A stretch of 64,000 nt of DNA from positions 53,256 through 117,255 of the forward strand of contig CAYSKV010000003.1 of the NCBI GenBank assembly GCA_964431805.1. The letters run 5' to 3'. The position numbers and the translations under genes are program-made. Source of the stretch: an uncultured Gammaproteobacteria bacterium. GTDB lineage: Bacteria > Patescibacteriota > Patescibacteriia > Patescibacteriales > GWC2-42-12. The notes below the pieces were generated by a model. The model saw only the letters and a list, made by a program, of their open reading frames with translations, ran no database searches and was not told the origin of the DNA. Below, piece after piece: positions 8,618 to 18,765 of the stretch; the stretch's first letter is position 1; every line of letters begins with the position of its first letter.

Positions 8618-10373
8618 AATAAAATTAAACGGCAAAGAAATTATTTGTTCCGAAGGAATTACTATTATGCAGGCAGCGGCGGAAAATGGTATTGATATAC
8701 CAAGTTTATGCCAGCATGATGATTTTCCGGCTAAAGCTAATTGCCGTGTTTGTGTGGTAGAAATTGTTGGTCGCAAGGGCTTACATACTTCTTGCTCAAC
8801 TAAAGTTGAAGATGGCATGGAGATTATTACAGATAGCGAGCAGGTAAAACGATCAAGAAATTTAAACATTGAATTAATATTTGCCGAACATATTGAAAAG
8901 TGCCCGGATTGCACTCAGCGTTTTAACTGCAGATTATTAGAGTTAGCTGATAAATATAAAATAGAAATTACTCGTTTTAAAGATAGGAAGGGCGCGAGAA
9001 AAACTTATAAATTTGCCAATGCCGTAGAAATAGATGGAACACAATGTATTGATTGCCGCAATTGTTTAGATGCCTGCAACAAAATGCAAAAAATAAATTA
9101 TTTAACTTTAAAAGGTAAGGGCATAAATCAGGAAATTGTGCCGGTTACTGAAAAAAATAGTTTTTCTTTTCACAAAAAATCCGATAAGGTAGATTGCATT
9201 TATTGCGGACAGTGCACAGTGCATTGCCCGGTGAACGCGGCGCAGGAGCAAGCTCAGTGGCAATTAGTTGAAAGAGCGTTAAAGAATAAATCTAAAACCA
9301 TAGTAGCGCAGTTCGCGCCTTCAGTTAGAGTAAGTATTGGCGAAGAATTCGGCGCGCCTCATGGTAAAATAATGTCCGGACAAATCGTCGCGGCGTTAAA
9401 AAAATTAGGCTTTAATTATGTTTTTGATGTAAATTTTAGTTCGGATATTACTACTATAGTTGAAGCTGAAGAACTTTTAGAAAGAGTTAAGCATGGCGGT
9501 GCTATGCCCATGTTTACTTCCTGCTGTCCGGCCTGGATTAAATATATTGAATTTTATCGACCGGATTTAATACCTAATATTACGACTTCAAGAAGTCCGC
9601 AAATTCATAGCGCCGGAATTATAAAAACTTATTGGGCGGAAAAGATGGAAAAAAATCCTAAAGATATTGTCGTTGTATCGGTTATGCCGTGTACGGCTAA
9701 GAAATTTGAAGCTGATCGTCCCGAGTTGAAAGTTAAAGGAGTTTTGCCTATAGATTATGTAATTACAACGCGCGAATTGGCCTGGCTAATTAAGAAAAAT
9801 AAAATAAATTTTTTAAATTTAAATTCAGAATCGGCCGATAGTCCTTTAGGTGAAGCTAGCGGAGCAGCCGCGATTTATGGCGCTTCGGGCGGAGTTATGG
9901 AATCGGCCTTAAGAACCGCTCAATATTTAATGTTAACGGCGCAAGATACGGTTTGCCGTGATTTAAATAAAGAAAATAAAACTACAGATTGTAATTTAAA
10001 TATTGAATTTGAAAATGTACGCGGACTTAGGGGGGTAAAAAAAGCGGATATTAAAATAGGCGATCAGAAAGTCAGAGTAGGCGTAGTCAACGGCATTGGT
10101 AATATCGGTCCGGTATTGGATAATTTACATGATTATGATTATATTGAAGTAATGGCTTGCCCCGGCGGTTGCATCGGCGGCGGCGGTCAGCCCATACCTA
10201 CTACCCCGGCGATTAGGCAGAAAAGGCTAGAGGCTTTATATAAAATTGATAAAAATGATAAAATTAGGCAAGCGCATGATAATAAAACAGCAATTGAAGT
10301 TTTGGCCTGGCTTAAAGAAAAAGGTAAATTAGAACATGGAGTTTTACATACTAACTACAAAAAGAAAAAATAA
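8601..10373 (+). CDS. hydA: [FeFe]-hydrogenase group A catalytic subunit (M3-type Fe-S architecture)
   Basis: H-cluster motifs TSCCPAW, MPCTAKKFE, EVMACPGGCIGGGGQP; N-terminal 2Fe-2S, His-ligated cluster (EHIEKCPDC) and two 4Fe-4S motifs. Confidence 0.96.
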   Translation: MNKKIKIKLNGKEIICSEGITIMQAAAENGIDIPSLCQHDDFPAKANCRVCVVEIVGRKGLHTSCSTKVEDGMEIITDSEQVKRSRNLNIELIFAEHIEKCPDCTQRFNCRLLELADKYKIEITRFKDRKGARKTYKFANAVEIDGTQCIDCRNCLDACNKMQKINYLTLKGKGINQEIVPVTEKNSFSFHKKSDKVDCIYCGQCTVHCPVNAAQEQAQWQLVERALKNKSKTIVAQFAPSVRVSIGEEFGAPHGKIMSGQIVAALKKLGFNYVFDVNFSSDITTIVEAEELLERVKHGGAMPMFTSCCPAWIKYIEFYRPDLIPNITTSRSPQIHSAGIIKTYWAEKMEKNPKDIVVVSVMPCTAKKFEADRPELKVKGVLPIDYVITTRELAWLIKKNKINFLNLNSESADSPLGEASGAAAIYGASGGVMESALRTAQYLMLTAQDTVCRDLNKENKTTDCNLNIEFENVRGLRGVKKADIKIGDQKVRVGVVNGIGNIGPVLDNLHDYDYIEVMACPGGCIGGGGQPIPTTPAIRQKRLEALYKIDKNDKIRQAHDNKTAIEVLAWLKEKGKLEHGVLHTNYKKKK

Positions 10374-10385
10374 TTTAAAAACTAT

Positions 10386-10646
10386 ATGAATAAAACAATT
10401 TTAGCCACAATAAGTGTTCTAATTAAAGATCGACACAATCAATCGGCTACCGTCAACGATCTTTTAACTAAAAATGGTAATTTAATCAGAACTAGATTGG
10501 GCGTAAACATTGAACCTAGATGCACGGCCGGTTGCATGGCTATTATGAGTTTAATAGTCGAGGGAACGGAAGTTGAAATCAACGGTTTAGTTGAAAAATT
10601 AAACAACTTGCCAGAAGTAAAAGCTTTTAAAACATTTTTAATTTAA
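10386..10646 (+). CDS. TM1266-family iron-only hydrogenase system regulator (ACT-like)
   Basis: [24 protein letters not shown]...L..LPEVK pattern; directly after hydA. Confidence 0.75.
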   Translation: MNKTILATISVLIKDRHNQSATVNDLLTKNGNLIRTRLGVNIEPRCTAGCMAIMSLIVEGTEVEINGLVEKLNNLPEVKAFKTFLI

Positions 10647-10651
10647 AATTT

Positions 10652-10861
10652 ATGATAAAAATAGATTACGAAAAATGCTGTTGGAAAGACGGTAAATGTT
10701 CAAGTTGCTCTTGCTCAGGCGCTAAATGCGTTGGTTGCGCTGAAGCTTGCCCGACTCAAGCGATCACGCGTGGCAAGTTAGTTGAAATTAATCAAAATAA
10801 ATGTCTTAATTGCGGCGCTTGTGTTGCTGCCTGTAAATATGGAGCAGTTTCGCTGGAATAA
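10652..10861 (+). CDS. Small 2x[4Fe-4S]-type ferredoxin with extra Cys-rich insert
   Basis: CVGCAEACP and [11 protein letters not shown]; extra CC...CSSCSC segment. Confidence 0.88.
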   Translation: MIKIDYEKCCWKDGKCSSCSCSGAKCVGCAEACPTQAITRGKLVEINQNKCLNCGACVAACKYGAVSLE

Positions 10862-10885
10862 TATTAATTTTCGAAGTAGTAACGT

Positions 10886-11422
10886 ATGCAAAATATAATT
10901 AAAGAACAAATTTTAGGTAGGGTTAATGTCCAAGCCCTGACTCAATTTATTGGTTTAGCCGGCATAGCTTTATTTCTGCCATTTTTTATTCATCTACAAT
11001 GGATTAGCGGTCCGATAATTAATGCTATTTTAATTTTAATTTTATTTTTGTCAGGTATTAGAGCTGCTATGGTAGTAGCGCTAATACCAAGTTTAATGGC
11101 TTTATCTGGAGGATTGCTTCCAGCTGTTTTAGCGCCAGTCGTGCCTTTTATTATGATTAGTAATATGATTTTTGTTTTAACTATTGATTGGTTTTACAGT
11201 AAAACAAAAGATAGTAACAAGGGATATTGGCTAGGAGTTATAATGGCCGCGGTTGTTAAATTTGCTTTTTTATATTTTAGCGTAAGTTGGATAACTAAAT
11301 TATTAATTAAACAGGAATTGGCCGTAAAAGTGGCGCAGATGATGAGCTGGCCGCAATTTGCTACGGCGATTATAGGAGGTATGATTGCTTGGGTAATTTT
11401 AAAATGGCTGAAAAGATTTTAA
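10886..11422 (+). CDS. ECF transporter S-component-like membrane protein
   Basis: 178 aa with about 6 TM segments; QWISGPIINA, PFIMISN, WPQFATA pattern. Confidence 0.7.
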   Translation: MQNIIKEQILGRVNVQALTQFIGLAGIALFLPFFIHLQWISGPIINAILILILFLSGIRAAMVVALIPSLMALSGGLLPAVLAPVVPFIMISNMIFVLTIDWFYSKTKDSNKGYWLGVIMAAVVKFAFLYFSVSWITKLLIKQELAVKVAQMMSWPQFATAIIGGMIAWVILKWLKRF

Positions 11423-11506
11423 GGGGAAAGTGGATAAATTGTGAGTTAATGGTTGAAAAGTAATATGTTTTACATCTTGACTTTTTGTAAATTTTGCTAT
11501 ATGATA

Positions 11507-11675
11507 TTGGCCTGAAGAGTAAGAAAATATTTTTGGCAGCTCTCTAAAAATTTGAGGATAATATTAAATTTAACTACTGCGCATTAGCAGATAGATTAAA
11601 TAACAAATTTGCAAACTATATAGTATTATTCTCTAGGATGAGTCAGCCAAGAATATGATTACTACTCTTCGCCAA
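11507..11675 (+). ncRNA. Candidate long-hairpin ncRNA (6S RNA-like)
   Basis: Nested pairings TTGGC/GCCAA, GAAGAGTA/TACTCTTC, ATATTTTTGGC/GCCAAGAATAT, GAGGATAATATTA/TAGTATTATTCTC; promoter TTGACT-N17-TATGAT upstream, terminator downstream. Confidence 0.55.
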
Positions 11676-11707
11676 GATTAAACAATTAATATATGTTAAT
11701 CTTTAAA

Positions 11708-11741
11708 AAATAACCCCAATTTTGTTGGGGTTATTTATTTT
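11708..11741 (+). terminator. Rho-independent terminator
   Basis: AAATAACCCCAA...TTGGGGTTATTT followed by ATTTT. Confidence 0.8.
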
Positions 11742-11818
11742 AGTTGATTTTGACATAAAGAATTATTTATTGTATATTTTAACTGTAATTTAACGCTGAA
11801 ATAAGTGTTATTTTTGTT

Positions 11819-13264
11819 ATGAAAATTCCTGAATACGTAAAAAATATTGTTGAAAAATTAGAGAGCGCAGGCTTTGAAGCCTTTATCGTGGGCGGCTCTG
11901 TGCGTGATTTGTTAATGGATAAAATACCTAAAGATTGGGATATAACTACTAACGCTAGACCAGAAAAAATATTAGAAGTATTTTCTGACGGAAAATATGA
12001 AAATGTTTTTGGCACGGTTTTAGTTCCGATTAAGTTGGAAAACGGCGAAACCGAAGACGTTGTAGAAGTAACGACTTATCGCTCGGAGCAGGGTTATAGC
12101 GACCGCCGGCATCCTGATAAAATTACTTTTGAAGATAATTTAGATAAAGACTTAAGCCGCAGAGACTTTACGGTTAACGCCATGGCGCTTCTGCCGTCTG
12201 GCAAAGCTACTGAAATTACAGATTTATTTGGTGGCGGAAAAGATTTAAAGAAAAAAATTATTAGAGCGGTAGGCGAGCCCGAAGATAGATTTAAAGAAGA
12301 TGCTTTAAGAATGATGCGCGCTATTAGATTGGCTTGCCAGCTTAATTTTTCTATTGAAGGAAAAACCGAAAGAGCGATTATTAAAATGGCCGGCGGTATA
12401 AAATTTATTTCCGGAGAAAGGATTCGCGATGAGTTAATTAAAATTTTTGAATCAGATAGAGCTTACGAAGGAGTAATGATGCTTCACGAATTTAAATTAC
12501 TACAATATATTATTCCAGAATTAGAGCGAGGCGTTGGCATGGATCAAAATAAACATCATACTTATACGGTTTTTAATCATAGCGTTTTGTCTTTACGCCA
12601 TACGCCTAATAAAAAATGGCAAGTTAGATTCGCTTCTTTACTGCATGACATAGCTAAACCGCAAACCAAGCGCATCATTAAAGGCGACGCTACTTTTTAT
12701 AATCATGATTTAGTCGGCGCTAAGGTAGCGGCTAAAATTATGTCTAGGCTTAAATTTTCTAAAGCAGACACTGACAAAGTCGTGATTTTAATAAAAAATC
12801 ACATGTTTTATTATAACGTTGGCGAGGTTACGGAAAGTTCGGTGCGCCGTTTAATTAGAAAAGTTGGTGAAGAAAATTTAGCCGATTTAATTGATTTACG
12901 CATTGCCGATCGTTTAGGCTCGGGCGTGCCTAAAGCTAAGCCATATAAATTGCGCCACCTTGAATATATGATGGAAAAAGTTAGGCATGATGCGGTTTCG
13001 GTTAAAATGTTAAAAATTAATGGCGATGATTTAATAAAGTTATTAAAAATAGAGCCAGGCCCGAAAATTGGCGCAATTTTAGATGTTTTATTATCAGAAG
13101 TAATTGAAGATCAAAAATTAAATAATAAAGAATATTTGGAAAAACGAAGTTTAGAATTAAATGAAATGGATTTAAAAGAATTGCGCGATCAAGCTAAAGA
13201 AAAAATTGAAGAGAAAAAAATGGAAGATGATGAAGAAATAAAAAAAGAGTTTTACGTTAAATAA
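11819..13264 (+). CDS. cca: CCA-adding tRNA nucleotidyltransferase with HD domain
   Basis: VGGSVRD..KDWD, RRDFTVNAM, EDALRMMRA, LLHDIAKP; tRNAs in the window lack encoded CCA. Confidence 0.9.
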   Translation: MKIPEYVKNIVEKLESAGFEAFIVGGSVRDLLMDKIPKDWDITTNARPEKILEVFSDGKYENVFGTVLVPIKLENGETEDVVEVTTYRSEQGYSDRRHPDKITFEDNLDKDLSRRDFTVNAMALLPSGKATEITDLFGGGKDLKKKIIRAVGEPEDRFKEDALRMMRAIRLACQLNFSIEGKTERAIIKMAGGIKFISGERIRDELIKIFESDRAYEGVMMLHEFKLLQYIIPELERGVGMDQNKHHTYTVFNHSVLSLRHTPNKKWQVRFASLLHDIAKPQTKRIIKGDATFYNHDLVGAKVAAKIMSRLKFSKADTDKVVILIKNHMFYYNVGEVTESSVRRLIRKVGEENLADLIDLRIADRLGSGVPKAKPYKLRHLEYMMEKVRHDAVSVKMLKINGDDLIKLLKIEPGPKIGAILDVLLSEVIEDQKLNNKEYLEKRSLELNEMDLKELRDQAKEKIEEKKMEDDEEIKKEFYVK

Positions 13265-13273
13265 AATAAACCC

Positions 13274-13735
13274 ATGCCAGATTTAAGAGCTGTAAATTTG
13301 TGTTATGTAATTAATAATCAAGATGAAATACTTTTGCAATACAAGCGTAAAGGTTTTGGTGTTGGTAAATGGAATGGACCAGGAGGCAAGGTGGAGCCCG
13401 GAGAAACGTTAGAGCAAGCAGTTATCAGAGAAGTAAAAGAAGAGACCGGTCTAGATATAAAAAATTTAAAGAAAATGGCAGAATTAGAATTTTATTTTAT
13501 TAATAAAGAAGAATGGAATCAAATAGCTCATGTTTATATTACTAAAGATTTTACCGGAGATATTCAAGTTAGCGAAGAAGGAGAGTTGAGATGGTTTAAA
13601 ATTAAGGAAATTCCTTATGATAAAATGTGGGATGATGATCCATATTGGTTGCCAAATATTTTAGCTGGGGAATTTATGAAAATTAAATTTTATTTTGATC
13701 AAAATAGTAATTTACAAAAATATGAAAAATTATAA
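13274..13735 (+). CDS. Nudix hydrolase, 8-oxo-dGTPase (MTH1-like)
   Basis: Nudix box [23 protein letters not shown]; KRKGFG.GKWNG; MWDDDPYW. Confidence 0.9.
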   Translation: MPDLRAVNLCYVINNQDEILLQYKRKGFGVGKWNGPGGKVEPGETLEQAVIREVKEETGLDIKNLKKMAELEFYFINKEEWNQIAHVYITKDFTGDIQVSEEGELRWFKIKEIPYDKMWDDDPYWLPNILAGEFMKIKFYFDQNSNLQKYEKL

Positions 13736-14483
13736 AAAATTAATTTTGCCGGCGGTATTACTTATTATTTTAACTGCCTGCGCTGATAATTCTAATAAAC
13801 AATATAGTTATAACGAAAATAACATACCAAAATCTATGGACAATTCTAATGAAGTTGATATAATTGACAGAATGAATGATATAAAAAATGGCGCTACGCC
13901 AAAAATTAAACCAGATAGTAGTTCTTCGGCTAACCAATCAAGCCAGGCGGACGAGGCAACTTCTCCGACTAATCAAAAGCAGCTAGAAAATTTAGCTGAG
14001 CAGTTTAATGGCGCAATTATAAAAACTAATTTTGGCGATATTACTATAAAATTTTACGCGCAAGAATCGCCGATTACGGTTAATAATTTTTTAAATTTAG
14101 CTAAAGCTGGATTTTATAATGGCACAAAATTTCATCGGGTAATTAAAGATTTTATGATTCAGGGCGGCGATCCTAACAGTAAAGATGACGACTGGCCAAA
14201 TGACGGAACAGGCGGGCCAGGCTATCAATTCCAAGATGAATTTAATCAGCATCAACTTGTAAAAGGTAGTTTAGCTATGGCTAACGCCGGAGCCAATACA
14301 AACGGTTCACAATTTTTTATAGTAACTGCAAGTTCAACGCCTTGGTTAGACGGTAAACATACAAATTTTGGTTATGTGACCGCTGGCATGGAAGTAGTAG
14401 AAAAAATAGAAAAAGTTGCGGTGAACGAAAATGATCATCCAACGGAAGATGTTATTGTAAATAGTATAGAGTTAACTAAATAA
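13722..14483 (+). CDS. Lipoprotein cyclophilin-type peptidyl-prolyl isomerase
   Basis: Lipobox LTAC; [36 protein letters not shown]. Confidence 0.93.
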   Translation: MKNYKKLILPAVLLIILTACADNSNKQYSYNENNIPKSMDNSNEVDIIDRMNDIKNGATPKIKPDSSSSANQSSQADEATSPTNQKQLENLAEQFNGAIIKTNFGDITIKFYAQESPITVNNFLNLAKAGFYNGTKFHRVIKDFMIQGGDPNSKDDDWPNDGTGGPGYQFQDEFNQHQLVKGSLAMANAGANTNGSQFFIVTASSTPWLDGKHTNFGYVTAGMEVVEKIEKVAVNENDHPTEDVIVNSIELTK

Positions 14484-14489
14484 AATTCG

Positions 14490-14560
14490 GGGCCTATGGT
14501 CTAGTGGTATGACGCGACATTCGCATTGTCGAGACGCCAGTCCGATTCTGGCTAGGTCCA
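14490..14560 (+). tRNA. tRNA-Ala(CGC)
   Basis: Acceptor GGGCCTA/TAGGTCC with G3:U70; anticodon arm CGACA-TTCGCAT-TGTCG; T-loop TCCGATT. Confidence 0.93.
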
Positions 14561-14583
14561 CACTAATAATTAAATAAAAATTT

Positions 14584-14922
14584 ATGACCTTAATTATTAA
14601 ATGGCTTATCATGGTTTTAGCTATTGCAATAAGTTCATACTTAGTGCCTGGCGTTGCAATCGCTGGTTTTTGGTCGGCTTTATGGCTAGCTTTGTTTTTA
14701 GGGATTATAAATATTTTAATTAAGCCGATTTCAATCTTAGTAACTTTACCGATTAACATTTTAACTTTAGGATTATTTACTTTTGTTATTAATGCTTTAA
14801 TGATTTTATTAGCCGCTTCGGTTATTAAGGGTTTTTCTGTGAGCGGATTCTGGGTAGCTATGTTATTCAGTATAGTTTTATCAATTGTTAGCTATCTAAT
14901 AAACGCGCTTATTAAAGCATAA
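14584..14922 (+). CDS. YvlD-like 4-TM membrane protein (phage holin family 4)
   Basis: IKPI..LVTLPINILTLGLFTFVINA motif. Confidence 0.85.
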   Translation: MTLIIKWLIMVLAIAISSYLVPGVAIAGFWSALWLALFLGIINILIKPISILVTLPINILTLGLFTFVINALMILLAASVIKGFSVSGFWVAMLFSIVLSIVSYLINALIKA

Positions 14923-14928
14923 AATTAA

Positions 14929-14999
14929 CGGGCTGTGGTATAACGGTATTACGCACGCTTCGGGTGCGTGTAATCCGGGTTCAATTCCCGGCAGCCCGA
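14929..14999 (+). tRNA. tRNA-Pro(CGG)
   Basis: Acceptor CGGGCTG/CAGCCCG; anticodon arm CACGC-TTCGGGT-GCGTG; T-loop TTCAATT. Confidence 0.95.
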
Positions 15000-15093
15000 C
15001 ATAAACAAACGTTCGTGTTCACGGGTAAAAGATTAAAAAATTTGGTTTCTAATGTTATAATTAAAGCATAATTAATTATTAACGCGAATAATT

Positions 15094-17874
15094 ATGAAAA
15101 AGGAGGCGATATATTTACGCATCATCCCCGTCGTAGTAATGGTGGCATGTTTTTTTGTTTTCGGCGGGATGGCGCGAGCCGCGGATATAATCTGGGATAA
15201 TACTCAAGTTAGAGTAATTAGCAGTTTTACGCTTAATGGCTGGGATCGGTTGATTATTCGACCGGGGACGATTATCAAAATGGCGGCTGGCGCAAAAATA
15301 ATTTCTTATGGAGATATTGAAGCTATTGGAGAGCCTAATAATCCGATTGTGTTTACCTCCATCAAAGATGATAGTGTTGGCGGCGATACCAATGGCGACG
15401 GTAGCGCAACTAAGCCGGCCATGGGCGATTGGGGTTATTTTTTAATTCAGGGCGAAGGTAGGAAGGTCACCATGGATTATGTAAAAATTAATTACGGGGG
15501 TGGTAGCAGCGATAAACGGCCGACTAATTTTATGTCGGTGTCAAACTCTGGCGAGCCGGGCGTAAAGTTAAAAGAGATTAATATTACTCATAGTTCAATT
15601 GTTAATAATTTCAGCGGCGTTAGTTTTTATGGCGACGCGATTTTTAAAATTTCCCAATCAAATTTTTATAACGATGTTCATTGTCCTTTGCCATTAGGCT
15701 GGAGTCCGGCTCCGCGTTGCGATCAATTAGGCATCAGCAAGGCGACAGGGGCTAAAATTGAAGCGCCCTATGTTTATTGGGGCCATAAAGACGGGCCGAC
15801 AACCTTAGACGACTATATAAATGGTATTAAAAAGGGCACTAAAGTTTATTATAACGCGAATTTTATTCCTTTTTTAATCGAACCATGGCCGTCCGAGTTA
15901 ACTGGACCGTCTTCGGTTGATCCGGTAATTTTAGTGCCAGGGATTATGGGAAGCTGGAATGTGGGTGGTAAATGGGAATTAGACCCAATACTTCATACTT
16001 ACGATAATTTATGGCAAGCTTTAAAAAATGCCGGCTATGTGGAAGGCGAAACTTTGTTCGCGTTTCCGTATGAATGGCGTCAAGATAATAATTTAACCGC
16101 TTATCAGTTAAAGCAGAAAATAGACGAGGTAAAAAGTATCTGTGATTGTGGTAAAGTTGATATCATGGCGCATAGCATGGGTGGCTTAGTGGTGCGGGCT
16201 TACGCGGAAAGCAATTATTATGGCGGCGACATTGATCAATTAGTATTTTTAGGTACGCCGCATAAAGGTTCGCCGGAAAGTTATTTAAGGTGGGAAGCGG
16301 CTGAAGGTTTTGAGGACGTAAGATCTAAATTAGTAAAATTGTATTTTGGGCTAGAAGCTCATGCGCGGGGGTATGGTTCACTATTTGATTATATTCAAAA
16401 TTATGTAAAATCAGTTGAACAATTATTACCGGATTATGCTTATTTGCAAAATTTAGGAGAAACAGGCTTTAGAATTTACGATAAAATTAATTATCCTAAT
16501 AATTATCCATATAATACATTTTTAGAAAATATTAATTCGGTAGACAAACTAAATCAATTTGCAAACAGCAGTATAAAAATTATGAATTTTATTGGCGATA
16601 CGGGTGACAACACCATTAACGCAATTAAAGTAAGTTCGGGCGAGCAATATTGGCCGATGTGGAAAAATGGCTATGCCGAAGAATCAATTAGGCTGGCTGG
16701 CGACGGCACAGTGCCGGAAATTAGCTCGTCTTTATTTATAACAACAAAAATTGACAATTCAGACCATTCAGCTTTGCCCACTAAAGCACAAAAACGAGTA
16801 ATAGAATATTTGACTGGCAATTTGCCAACTATAGAAATAACCGACATTAAAGAGCCTAAAAAAATGATGGTGGTTAGAATTTTTTCTCCAGCCGATTTTA
16901 TTATAACCGCGCCGAATGGCAAAAGGTTGGGTAAAAATTTTACGAACGGTCAGGCGGTTGCGATTAATGAAATTCCCGGAGCGTTTTATTCTGGTTTTAA
17001 TACTGATGCCGAATTCGCGGTTATTTCCGATCCGATGGACGGAGAATATAGAGTGGAGTTGCAAGGCACGAGTCAGGGAGAATATAAGTTAAGCGCAAGT
17101 TTAATTGATGAAAATAAGCAAATTGATCAGGAATTTAGCGGTAGTATTATGCCGGATCAGCAAAGAAATTTTAATATAGATTATTTAGCTGCGTCGGAAA
17201 ATCTCTTAAGCGACTTAAAACCGATTGATACTGTGCCGCCGGTTGTGGTGATCAACGGATTAACAGAAGGCAAAAAATATCTGCATAATGATAATTTAAT
17301 AATAGACTATACGGCTACGGATGATTTTTCCGGCATAGCTACCACGACTATAACCATAGATAATCAGGAAGTTGCCACGACCACGATTGATTTATTTGAT
17401 TATGCTTTAGGCCCGCATAGTTTAGTTATTACGGCGATTGATAAAGCCGGCAACCAGGCGCTAGCGCAGGTAAATTTTGAAATTATTGCTAATATAGATA
17501 GCACTATCAGTGATATTAAAGAAATTAATAATCGCGGCTGGCTTAAAAGTAAAATTTATCACGCGCTATTGGAAAACGCGTTTAAACTTCTGAAAATAGA
17601 AACTAAATTTTTTGACGAAGAACAGGATCTAAACGAAAGATTAATCAAGAAAACCCGGGATGATAGAAAACTTACGGACGAGCAAAAGCAGAAACTGATT
17701 GAGCAATATAATAAAAAGTCGGCCGAATTAAAAAAGGATCGAGCTAAAGCCATAAATAAAAGCTTAGATTTAATAATTAAGCTATTAGACAAGGCAAAAG
17801 ACAAAGACCAGATTAATCAGCAAGGATATGATATAATATTAAGTGATATTAATTATTTAAGAGAAAATTTATGA
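15094..17874 (+). CDS. Secreted multidomain lipase/acyltransferase (beta-helix-like N-terminus, LCAT/PGAP1-like alpha/beta hydrolase, Ig-like C-terminus)
   Basis: Signal peptide; [17 protein letters not shown]; [41 protein letters not shown]. Confidence 0.8.
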   Translation: MKKEAIYLRIIPVVVMVACFFVFGGMARAADIIWDNTQVRVISSFTLNGWDRLIIRPGTIIKMAAGAKIISYGDIEAIGEPNNPIVFTSIKDDSVGGDTNGDGSATKPAMGDWGYFLIQGEGRKVTMDYVKINYGGGSSDKRPTNFMSVSNSGEPGVKLKEINITHSSIVNNFSGVSFYGDAIFKISQSNFYNDVHCPLPLGWSPAPRCDQLGISKATGAKIEAPYVYWGHKDGPTTLDDYINGIKKGTKVYYNANFIPFLIEPWPSELTGPSSVDPVILVPGIMGSWNVGGKWELDPILHTYDNLWQALKNAGYVEGETLFAFPYEWRQDNNLTAYQLKQKIDEVKSICDCGKVDIMAHSMGGLVVRAYAESNYYGGDIDQLVFLGTPHKGSPESYLRWEAAEGFEDVRSKLVKLYFGLEAHARGYGSLFDYIQNYVKSVEQLLPDYAYLQNLGETGFRIYDKINYPNNYPYNTFLENINSVDKLNQFANSSIKIMNFIGDTGDNTINAIKVSSGEQYWPMWKNGYAEESIRLAGDGTVPEISSSLFITTKIDNSDHSALPTKAQKRVIEYLTGNLPTIEITDIKEPKKMMVVRIFSPADFIITAPNGKRLGKNFTNGQAVAINEIPGAFYSGFNTDAEFAVISDPMDGEYRVELQGTSQGEYKLSASLIDENKQIDQEFSGSIMPDQQRNFNIDYLAASENLLSDLKPIDTVPPVVVINGLTEGKKYLHNDNLIIDYTATDDFSGIATTTITIDNQEVATTTIDLFDYALGPHSLVITAIDKAGNQALAQVNFEIIANIDSTISDIKEINNRGWLKSKIYHALLENAFKLLKIETKFFDEEQDLNERLIKKTRDDRKLTDEQKQKLIEQYNKKSAELKKDRAKAINKSLDLIIKLLDKAKDKDQINQQGYDIILSDINYLRENL

Positions 17875-18296
17875 ATCAAAAATTAAAAAATGTTTTGATG
17901 ATTTTATTAGTCTACATCGGCTCTATTATTTTATCCTTAATTTTGGCTCCGTTAGGTGGCGCTTTGCATATCAATATATTAGATGCACATTGTGGCGGAG
18001 GGTTATTTTTATTAGAGATGGGAGATATAGGTTGCAAAACTGAAGGATTTATTTATTTTTATATTTTTTGGTTAGCAATTTTTTCCTTTTTATTACTAAA
18101 ACGAAAAACTGCCTGGCTAGTCTATATAATTGGCACAATATTATTTTGGGTTGGTGGAGTTTTAATTATTGCAACAGAAAATTTGAAATATTTGAAAAAT
18201 GAAGATATCGGCAGTCTCATAATAATGATTTGTTTTCTTGTGGCTGGCTGGCTTTTAGCTCAAGGCGGTTTGCTGGTTTATAAAAAATTAAAGTAG
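17871..18296 (+). CDS. 4-TM membrane protein translationally coupled to the lipase
   Basis: ATGA overlap with the upstream stop; four hydrophobic segments. Confidence 0.7.
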   Translation: MNQKLKNVLMILLVYIGSIILSLILAPLGGALHINILDAHCGGGLFLLEMGDIGCKTEGFIYFYIFWLAIFSFLLLKRKTAWLVYIIGTILFWVGGVLIIATENLKYLKNEDIGSLIIMICFLVAGWLLAQGGLLVYKKLK

Positions 18297-18425
18297 ACAA
18301 GCAAGAAAAATTTATTAAGCGAAGTTTGTCTGAGCGATGCGTTAATAATATCGGCACGAAAAATAATTTTGGTTTGTAAAAGAGACTTTGAATTTTTTGG
18401 GCGGAAATTGCTTTTTTAATTTTTT

Positions 18426-18467
18426 AACATTTTTTACCTGCCTGCCGGCAGGCAGGTAAAAAATGTT
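18426..18467. repeat. Perfect 42-bp palindrome with CCTGCCTGCCGGCAGGCAGG core
   Basis: AACATTTTTTACCTGCCTGCC / GGCAGGCAGGTAAAAAATGTT. Confidence 0.9.
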
Positions 18468-18473
18468 CTTCCT

Positions 18474-18758
18474 ATGTTTAATAAACTCGACATGTTTGTA
18501 AAATTCAAAAAACTTTATCAAGAAAAAGGTGAGATTTATTTGCGCGTTAAAGTGCGACCTAATGCTTCTAAAACTTGCGTTAAAGAAATAATGGCTGATG
18601 AGACGATTAAGATTGATTTAGCGGCTGCGCCGGAAAAAGGCAAAGCCAATCAGGAATTAATAAAATTTTTAACCAAGCAGTTTGATGCTATTACTGGCAA
18701 TGTTAAAATAATCAGTGGAGCAGGTGAGAGGTTAAAATTAGTGAAAATTATAAAATAA
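18474..18758 (+). CDS. DUF167/YggU-family protein
   Basis: VKVRPNA, AAPEKGKANQELIKFL, IISG...RLK. Confidence 0.85.
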   Translation: MFNKLDMFVKFKKLYQEKGEIYLRVKVRPNASKTCVKEIMADETIKIDLAAAPEKGKANQELIKFLTKQFDAITGNVKIISGAGERLKLVKIIK

Positions 18759-18765
18759 TAAAGAT

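Noticed and set aside
14472-14759. 95-aa minus-strand ORF
   Set aside because: Shadow of tRNA-Ala and the YvlD-like gene
14584-14922. Prophage suggested by a holin-family gene between two tRNAs
   Set aside because: The YvlD family is commonly chromosomal; no integrase, structural or lysin genes are nearby
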